From a virus: DNA of 64,000 nt. The notes beneath the pieces were generated by a model. It was not told the DNA's origin, ran no database searches, and worked only from the letters and a program-made list of their open reading frames with translations. A program made the translations under genes and the position numbers. The DNA lies in IMG/VR virus record IMGVR_UViG_3300030328_002400, positions 35,648 through 99,647 of that record; one strand, given 5' to 3'. This document shows positions 58,206 to 64,000 of the stretch, one piece after another (positions within the stretch are counted from its first letter, which is position 1; the number at the start of each line of letters is the position of its first letter).

Positions 58206-59831
58206 TTAGCCCTCACAACTTGCACAGTCTAAAATATTTCTAGCAAAGTCTTGAGCAGAGCTCTGACTAAATTGATAGTATAATGTTTTGACTCCTTCCT
58301 TGTGAGCATATAAATACAATTGATTTATATCTTTTGCGGGAACAGAAGGATGAATCATTAAATTCAAACTCTGTGACTGATCAATAAATTTTTGCCTTTG
58401 AGCAGCCTGTAATACTAGTTCTTTAGGTGTAATCTCTACAAAGGATTTAAATACTTCCTTGCTTGGAAAATTTAAATGTTGTACAGACCCATCTTTCTTT
58501 AGTATACTATCCCAAGTTTTTTTATTATTTAATCCATACTTTTTAAGTTCTTCTTCTAAGAATGGATTTTTATATACTGTTTTAGACTTAGCTAAGTCCT
58601 TAATAAAGTAATTAGATTTAATGGGTTCTATTCCCATAGATACAGCACCATGAATAAAAGAGCTAGACTTAGTAGGGGCAATAGCTAATAGAGTTGTATT
58701 AGCATATCCTTCTCTAAGAGATCTATATCCTCTATGTTCATATAACCATCTAGATGCTTGTTCAGATATTTCTTTTAATGTTTTAAATATATTATTATTT
58801 AAACCTTTAGCAGCTAAAGATTCAAATTCTATAAGCTTTGATTGTAATAAACTATGATACCCTAATACTCCTAAACCAATAGCTCTATGTTTGCTAGCAA
58901 AATTAAATGCTCTTTTTAATCCAGCTTTAACTTCTGCTTTTCTAATAAACTCATCCATTACTGCATTCAAGAAGAATACATAAGTTTCAATTGCATCTGT
59001 TTTAATAATCTCATCCCAGTGTAATAAATTTATAGATCCTAAGCAACACACAAAAGAGTTGTAGCTGTCTGTTGGTAATTGTATTTCTGAGCATAAGTTA
59101 GATGCTGTTATTTCCATACCCATTGCTTTGTATGGACTATTGTTATTAGAGTTATCTTTAAACATTATATAAGGATAACCAAATTCAGATCTTCTTTGAA
59201 TAACTTTAGCCCATATCTTACGTTTATCTTTACTCCCCGCTTTCATACTAGTAATCCACTCATCAGTAACTGTAACACCATACTGTAAATTTTGTATTGG
59301 GTTTCCTTCAGTACCAATATCTAAGAAGTCTAATATATCAGGATGCTCTAGAGGTAAGTATACTGCACATGCTCCACGTCTTGCTTCAGACTGTTTACAT
59401 ACATCTACTACAGTATCATATATCTTTGCATAGTGAACTGGTCCATCAGCTAATCCTCCAGTAGAAATTACTGAGCCACGTGGTCTTATATTACCTAAGT
59501 AAGCACTGGTGCCTCCACCATATTTAGACATCATTCCTATTTCACGTCCAGCATTTAGTATACTATCTAGTGAGTCATCTACATTAGATCCATAACAACT
59601 GATGGGTAATCCTTTTTGTTTTCCAAAATTAATCCATACTGGGGTAGATAAACTATAATAACCTTTAGCCATATAGTTTTCAAACTTTTCAGCAAAGCCA
59701 GGCATATGAAGATACTTTTCTGCTGTATTGGCTATATCTTTAATTCTTTGTTCAGGTTCTTCATTAATATAACCCCTTGATAAGAAGGTTCTACTATTTT
59801 CATTAAGCCAGTAGTATTTTTTATATTCCAT
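58206..59831 (-). CDS. nrdA: Ribonucleotide reductase class I alpha subunit (compact, no ATP cone)
   Basis: PISC, GGG, RRGA, SNLCSEI, APT.SSS, DQSQSLN, KTLYY, C-terminal CASCEG. Confidence 0.95.
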   Translation of the reverse strand: MEYKKYYWLNENSRTFLSRGYINEEPEQRIKDIANTAEKYLHMPGFAEKFENYMAKGYYSLSTPVWINFGKQKGLPISCYGSNVDDSLDSILNAGREIGMMSKYGGGTSAYLGNIRPRGSVISTGGLADGPVHYAKIYDTVVDVCKQSEARRGACAVYLPLEHPDILDFLDIGTEGNPIQNLQYGVTVTDEWITSMKAGSKDKRKIWAKVIQRRSEFGYPYIMFKDNSNNNSPYKAMGMEITASNLCSEIQLPTDSYNSFVCCLGSINLLHWDEIIKTDAIETYVFFLNAVMDEFIRKAEVKAGLKRAFNFASKHRAIGLGVLGYHSLLQSKLIEFESLAAKGLNNNIFKTLKEISEQASRWLYEHRGYRSLREGYANTTLLAIAPTKSSSFIHGAVSMGIEPIKSNYFIKDLAKSKTVYKNPFLEEELKKYGLNNKKTWDSILKKDGSVQHLNFPSKEVFKSFVEITPKELVLQAAQRQKFIDQSQSLNLMIHPSVPAKDINQLYLYAHKEGVKTLYYQFSQSSAQDFARNILDCASCEG

Positions 59832-59833
59832 AA

Positions 59834-60811
59834 TTAAAAAAGATCATCTTCAGTTATGCTTTTACTCTTCTTATTATAATCAACACTTTTCTTGTAAAAG
59901 AAGTCCCCTTCCTTGGTAGCAGTAACCTCAATATCAAACCACTCAGTAGATTCTAGAAGATTCAAATTTACAATAAATAATGGAGGCATCCCAATTTTCT
60001 CTAGAGAATTATTAAATCTATTCTTTACAAAATTTTGTATAGTTTCTTGAGATAAAAAAGAGAGTTCTCCTTGTTCAAAAATCCAATCTAATATTTTACA
60101 TTCTGCATCATAGGCTTTTCTACATGCAGAATGTATTAAGTCTGCAAATTCTTGATCAAACCATAGAGGGTTTTCTTCTTTAATAATATTAATTAAAGCT
60201 GCACCAAAGTTTCCATGGATTTCTTCTTCTTTACTAGTAGCTTCTACTACATTAGAAATTCCTTTAAGAACATTCTTTTCTTTATTAAAACTCATCATGA
60301 TTAGAAACTGGCTAAATAAACTAACATGCTCTATAAATAGAGAAAACAAAAGAACAGACTTAGTATACATTTTATTATCTCTACTGCGTGATCCATCTAA
60401 ATATTTCTGTAGATATTTGATTCTACCCTTAATAGCTGGTACGTCAATAACTCTTTTAAACTCACCTTCTAAACCTAAGATTCTTAGCAGTCTAGCATAT
60501 GCGTCCTTATGTCTTACTTCAGATTCAGCAAAGGTCATACCTACATCTCCAATTTCTGTAATGGGCATTCTTTTATATATATCAGCCCAAAAAGTTTTAA
60601 CATTAACTTCTATCTGTGCAATTGCTAACATAGTCTTTTTAATAATATCACGTTCATGTGATGTAATATTTACTTTGAAGTCTTGTATATCTTCTGTAAA
60701 ATTAAACTCTGTATCAATCCAATAAGCATGTCTTATAGCATCTTTATAAGCTAGTAATTCTGGATATTCATAAGGCAGGATATTAAGTCTAGGTCTAAAG
60801 ATATTCTTCAT
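59834..60811 (-). CDS. nrdB: Ribonucleotide reductase class I beta subunit
   Basis: ESEVRHKDAY, EHVSLFSQF, KEEEIH, DFF. Confidence 0.95.
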   Translation of the reverse strand: MKNIFRPRLNILPYEYPELLAYKDAIRHAYWIDTEFNFTEDIQDFKVNITSHERDIIKKTMLAIAQIEVNVKTFWADIYKRMPITEIGDVGMTFAESEVRHKDAYARLLRILGLEGEFKRVIDVPAIKGRIKYLQKYLDGSRSRDNKMYTKSVLLFSLFIEHVSLFSQFLIMMSFNKEKNVLKGISNVVEATSKEEEIHGNFGAALINIIKEENPLWFDQEFADLIHSACRKAYDAECKILDWIFEQGELSFLSQETIQNFVKNRFNNSLEKIGMPPLFIVNLNLLESTEWFDIEVTATKEGDFFYKKSVDYNKKSKSITEDDLF

Positions 60812-60981
60812 ATTATTATGTTTGAATTGTTAGGACAAAAAAGGGCCACATTTCAGTGTAAAGAAATGCAGCTAACAAGTAATAACAATGTAAGAAAAAA
60901 TGCTTAGACAAAAAAACCAAAAGATGTATATTTTTATAATTTGTATTTACCCAACTTAATGGTTTCTTAATTGCAATAATT

Positions 60982-61075
60982 TTTGTATATTATTACTATA
61001 TGCTGGAGCTACTCAATTAACAAATATACTATTAAATTTGACTGAGTCCTGCAAAATTTGTATATTATTACTATA
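60982..61075 (+). promoter_or_regulatory. Two identical 19-bp motifs (candidate tandem late promoters)
   Basis: TTTGTATATTATTACTATA at 60982-61000 and 61057-61075. Confidence 0.6.
61021..61028 (-). promoter_or_regulatory. Bacteroidota-type -7 element facing nrdB
   Basis: Minus strand TATATTTG (TAnnTTTG), with TTTG 23 nt upstream. Confidence 0.4.
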
Positions 61076-61094
61076 GTGTATAAAATAAAATATT

Positions 61095-61376
61095 ATGTTA
61101 AAGAAAATTATAAACGTATTATGGACTTATAGTCCTGAAGATTACTGGAGAACAGCTTGGTCTAAAACTTCTTTAGATGAAAAAGCTGTAGCTACTGTAA
61201 TGGAAATTAAAAAAAGATATAAGCTAACAGCAGTTGAGTTAGCTGATGTAGGAAGAGCCCTTAAGCAAGTAGGAAATCAAATTGATGATATTCCTAATGC
61301 ATTAAAAGGAAAGAAAAGAAAAGGTAGAAAATTAAATATGGGACCTAAGCCTGTTAATATGGGAGGACCAAAATAG
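61095..61376 (+). CDS. Hypothetical protein
   Basis: First ORF after the tandem motif; basic tail with NMG repeat. Confidence 0.6.
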   Translation: MLKKIINVLWTYSPEDYWRTAWSKTSLDEKAVATVMEIKKRYKLTAVELADVGRALKQVGNQIDDIPNALKGKKRKGRKLNMGPKPVNMGGPK

Positions 61377-61379
61377 GTA

Positions 61380-61514
61380 ATGGCTAGAATAGTAACATCT
61401 AGTTATACAAAACCCAGAAGAACAAAAAGACCAGGTGTTCATGCTAAAACAAGGACATCAAAGGTGAAGAGTAGTAGAAATTATAAAAAATTATATAAAG
61501 GACAAGGGAAATGA
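61380..61514 (+). CDS. 44-aa very basic protein (absent from the ORF track)
   Basis: MARIVTSSYTKPRRTKRPGVHAKTRTSKVKSSRNYKKLYKGQGK. Confidence 0.6.
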   Translation: MARIVTSSYTKPRRTKRPGVHAKTRTSKVKSSRNYKKLYKGQGK

Positions 61515-61627
61515 AAAAATTATGTTTATTTATAAAGTGGCTTACATGCGGTAAAGTGTGTTTAAAATGGTGTGAAAACCAGGACTGTTGTTCTAAAGAC
61601 AAATGTGATGGCCAAGAGAAAAAGTAA
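61511..61627 (+). CDS. 38-aa Cys-rich microprotein (absent from the ORF track)
   Basis: MKKLCLFIKWLTCGKVCLKWCENQDCCSKDKCDGQEKK; ATGA overlap with the upstream stop. Confidence 0.45.
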   Translation: MKKLCLFIKWLTCGKVCLKWCENQDCCSKDKCDGQEKK

Positions 61628-61628
61628 A

Positions 61629-61796
61629 ATGTGTTTACCTAAACAGAAGATGACTAAACAAAAAACAAAATTGTTAGTTAGATTATCTGGAGGTGAAATT
61701 GACAATATAATGTGGGGATCCCCAAAACAGAGAATGAAAAAAGGTGGTAAGAAAAAACTTGGAGGAGGAACCCATAATACATATAGCGGAAAATGA
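61629..61796 (+). CDS. Small basic protein with MKKGG motif (start uncertain)
   Basis: ATG 61629 follows the preceding stop; K-rich. Confidence 0.45.
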   Translation: MCLPKQKMTKQKTKLLVRLSGGEIDNIMWGSPKQRMKKGGKKKLGGGTHNTYSGK

Positions 61797-62635
61797 ACAT
61801 TTTAACTGACGTATTAAGTTTAATAAGAAGATCTGTTTTTGCTAAGAAAGCAGAACTGAATGATGTCCTTATATTAGGAGTTAATGAAGAACCAGAAATG
61901 ACTGGCGTTGCTTCACCAATTCCTTATAAAAGTATTAAGGTTATAAAGGTAAGAGATTTTAAGGTTGCTGCTGAACATTGTGGCCACGCTAATTCTCCAG
62001 CTACTCCAGCTGCTGGCACAGGACAGGTATATCAGAAGACAGTATCTGATGAAGTTGATGAGACTTGTACTGTATATTTCAGATCTCTGAAGTCTCTGAG
62101 CAGCAACCTTACTCTTGCTAATTCATCAGATGATGATTATGTAGAGATAACAACTACCGGAGAACCTAATTCTGCAGATAATGTTGGATCAGGAGCACAG
62201 GTATGGAAAGATAAAGTTGGTGAGAAGCTGATGTTTAGAAGTATAGTACAAGGTACAAATGTTACTGTATCACAGAGTGCAAATGAAATAACAATAAATG
62301 CCACAGGTGTTAGACCATATACAAGCTATGTTGCTTTGTTAAATCAAACAGGAACTGCTGCACCAGTTGCAACAGTATTAGAAAATACAACAGGTAATAG
62401 CATTACTTGGACACGTACAAATACAGGACTGTATAAAGGTACTTGGGGCACAGCTCTATCTAATATAAACAAAGTATTTTTTGCACCTGCGTTAGGTAAT
62501 TTAAAACAACAAACAGGAGTGATTAATGTATTTGGTGCTACTACTGCACAGTTTGAGGTAAGTGTACAGGCTCAAGGTAGTCTTGCTGACAGTGAATTAG
62601 TAAGAACAGGAATAGAAATAAGAATATATCCGTAA
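61793..62635 (+). CDS. Putative structural/fibre-like protein
   Basis: Two related units (GQVYQK...FRSL and AQVWKD...FRSI) and a beta-rich C-terminal domain. Confidence 0.5.
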   Translation: MNILTDVLSLIRRSVFAKKAELNDVLILGVNEEPEMTGVASPIPYKSIKVIKVRDFKVAAEHCGHANSPATPAAGTGQVYQKTVSDEVDETCTVYFRSLKSLSSNLTLANSSDDDYVEITTTGEPNSADNVGSGAQVWKDKVGEKLMFRSIVQGTNVTVSQSANEITINATGVRPYTSYVALLNQTGTAAPVATVLENTTGNSITWTRTNTGLYKGTWGTALSNINKVFFAPALGNLKQQTGVINVFGATTAQFEVSVQAQGSLADSELVRTGIEIRIYP

Positions 62636-62638
62636 GTT

Positions 62639-63046
62639 ATGAGTAAAGAAAAATTAAAAGAAGAAGTATTAGCAAAAATTGAGATTGATAAAATTGAAGC
62701 TCAAAGTACAGCTAAAGAAATAGCATCTAAACATTTAGGTAAGCATGCTATAAATTATATAACAGTATTAGTAGTAATAGGTGTAATTAGTTCTCAATTT
62801 CTAGAAGGTGGTGCTTTAACTGCCGTTATTGGTTTAGTTTCTACTGCTGCAATGGCTATGATAGGTATACTACAACACATAGTTGGAGCTGTAGAAAAAG
62901 AAGAAAAGCCAGAACTAGAAATAATTAAAAGTTTAATTAAAGAGTTATCTGATAAAGAAGATGATCCAATGCAGGTAGATGTTACAGATACAGATGTCAC
63001 AGTAACTAAAGGTGAAAGCAAAGTAACTGCAAGTAAGAAGAAATAA
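62639..63046 (+). CDS. Two-TM membrane protein (holin-like)
   Basis: Two hydrophobic helices, charged termini, adjacent to a holin-like gene. Confidence 0.55.
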   Translation: MSKEKLKEEVLAKIEIDKIEAQSTAKEIASKHLGKHAINYITVLVVIGVISSQFLEGGALTAVIGLVSTAAMAMIGILQHIVGAVEKEEKPELEIIKSLIKELSDKEDDPMQVDVTDTDVTVTKGESKVTASKKK

Positions 63047-63048
63047 TT

Positions 63049-63519
63049 ATGAGTAAACAAAAAAAGAAATTTAAAGATACTAAGGTGGGGCAATTTCTAA
63101 GTCAGAAAGTGCCAGATCTTTTAGGTATTGCTGGAGATATACTACCAGATGCAGGAGTTATGGGGTTAGTTAAAAACCTTATTAAAAAAGAAGACCCTGC
63201 GGTTTTACCTCCAGAAGATAAAGAAAAAGCATTAAAGCTTTTAGAGATGGATATGGTGGAGATGCAAGAAGTCAGCAAAAGATGGCAGGCAGATATGCAA
63301 TCAGATTCATATCTTAGTAAAAACACAAGACCATTAACATTAATATTTTTAACTGTATCATTAGTTATATTTATTTTATTAGATGGTTTTAACATAGAGT
63401 TTGGAATAGATGCTGGCTGGGTAGATTTACTCAAGTCACTTCTCATTACCGTTTATGTGGCCTACTTTGGAAGCAGAGGGGCGGAAAAATTCAAGTCAAT
63501 TAGTAATAACAAAAAATAA
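63049..63519 (+). CDS. Holin-like protein (3TM/GTA-holin-like)
   Basis: RWQADMQSDSYLSKNTRP followed by a TM helix and AYFGSRG.EK. Confidence 0.65.
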   Translation: MSKQKKKFKDTKVGQFLSQKVPDLLGIAGDILPDAGVMGLVKNLIKKEDPAVLPPEDKEKALKLLEMDMVEMQEVSKRWQADMQSDSYLSKNTRPLTLIFLTVSLVIFILLDGFNIEFGIDAGWVDLLKSLLITVYVAYFGSRGAEKFKSISNNKK

Positions 63520-63525
63520 AAAGTC

Positions 63526-63870
63526 ATGGCAAATAAAAATTTAACTTGGGGAGATGGAAACAAATTTCATAGCCCAGAAAAGATGAATCCATCAAATAGA
63601 GATAGAATAGACTACTTTGCACAAGAAGGTATAGAAATGATAGATGATACTATGTCCTTCACTATGAAAAAAGGTGGATCAGTAAAAAAGAAAAAGAAAA
63701 AGCAAGGGTACAACTCTAGACTAGATGAGTCTTTGGGAATGAGAAATAAAGGAAAAAAGAAACAATCTTTCAAATCACGTAGAGATGAAAGCAAAGGTAT
63801 GAAAAAGTCTAAGGGCAAAAGAGCATACTCTGCTAACAGATCTAGTGCACAAGGAAGACGTAAAAAATAG
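63526..63870 (+). CDS. Highly basic protein with MKKGG motif, possible internal DNA-binding protein
   Basis: K/R-rich; internal repeat SRLDESLGM / SRRDESKGM. Confidence 0.6.
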   Translation: MANKNLTWGDGNKFHSPEKMNPSNRDRIDYFAQEGIEMIDDTMSFTMKKGGSVKKKKKKQGYNSRLDESLGMRNKGKKKQSFKSRRDESKGMKKSKGKRAYSANRSSAQGRRKK

Positions 63871-63875
63871 AAATT

Positions 63876-64000
63876 ATGCCAGCAAATTTAACAAAAGCAG
63901 GTATCAAGTATAAAAAAGGTGGTGCCAAGAAAAAATCAGGATCTAAGAAAAATTGGATCAAAGGAGCAATTAAAAAGCCAGGGGCTTTAAGAGCAACAGC
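63876..64000 (+). CDS. Basic protein, truncated by the window end
   Basis: MPANLTKAGIKYKKGGAKKKSGSKKNWIKGAIKKPGALRAT..., open to the end of the window. Confidence 0.55.
   Translation, partial: MPANLTKAGIKYKKGGAKKKSGSKKNWIKGAIKKPGALRAT

Noticed and set aside
60982-61075. CRISPR mini-array
   Set aside because: Only two 19-bp AT-rich copies with a 56-nt spacer; single copies occur upstream of other genes; no cas genes
60297-63818. Opposite-strand ORFs 60297-60725 (+), 62794-63093, 63102-63446 and 63612-63818 (-)
   Set aside because: Overlap well-supported genes on the other strand and have no recognisable motifs
1-64000. Diversity-generating retroelement, group I/II introns, inteins
   Set aside because: No reverse transcriptase, adenine-mismatched TR/VR pair, homing endonuclease or intein splice motif recognised by eye
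1-64000. tRNA/rRNA genes, integrase, terminase, portal, major capsid protein
   Set aside because: Intergenic gaps are short with no cloverleaf seen; no motifs for these proteins recognised, so they probably lie outside the window

Overview
AT-rich, almost entirely coding fragment of a large dsDNA bacteriophage of the crAss-like type (Crassvirales-like, most likely infecting Bacteroidota/Flavobacteriia), read in the standard code. The diagnostic block is ring-like protein - IHF/HU-like - tail tubular - giant muzzle/tail-stabilisation protein - cargo proteins - virion RNA polymerase (DFDID motif) - large cargo protein (9-54 kb). Upstream (0-7.3 kb) is a cluster of Cys-rich, poly-Thr-linked fibre/decoration genes, one with an intact trypsin-like serine protease domain. 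Downstream are a phage-encoded outer-membrane cassette (beta-barrel, lipoprotein, TM protein, exported thioredoxin-fold protein), a thermonuclease, a minus-strand nrdB-nrdA block, and small basic and holin-like genes. The most unusual signals are: (i) a recurring short 'xQ/KxGG' motif that punctuates modular cargo proteins carrying several zincin, ART-like and transglycosylase modules, and that also occurs in small basic proteins; (ii) a muzzle gene split by decorative modules; (iii) a 'GPF' adaptor-like module found in five proteins; (iv) a conserved 19-bp intergenic motif. All family calls come from motif recognition by eye; no database search was run.
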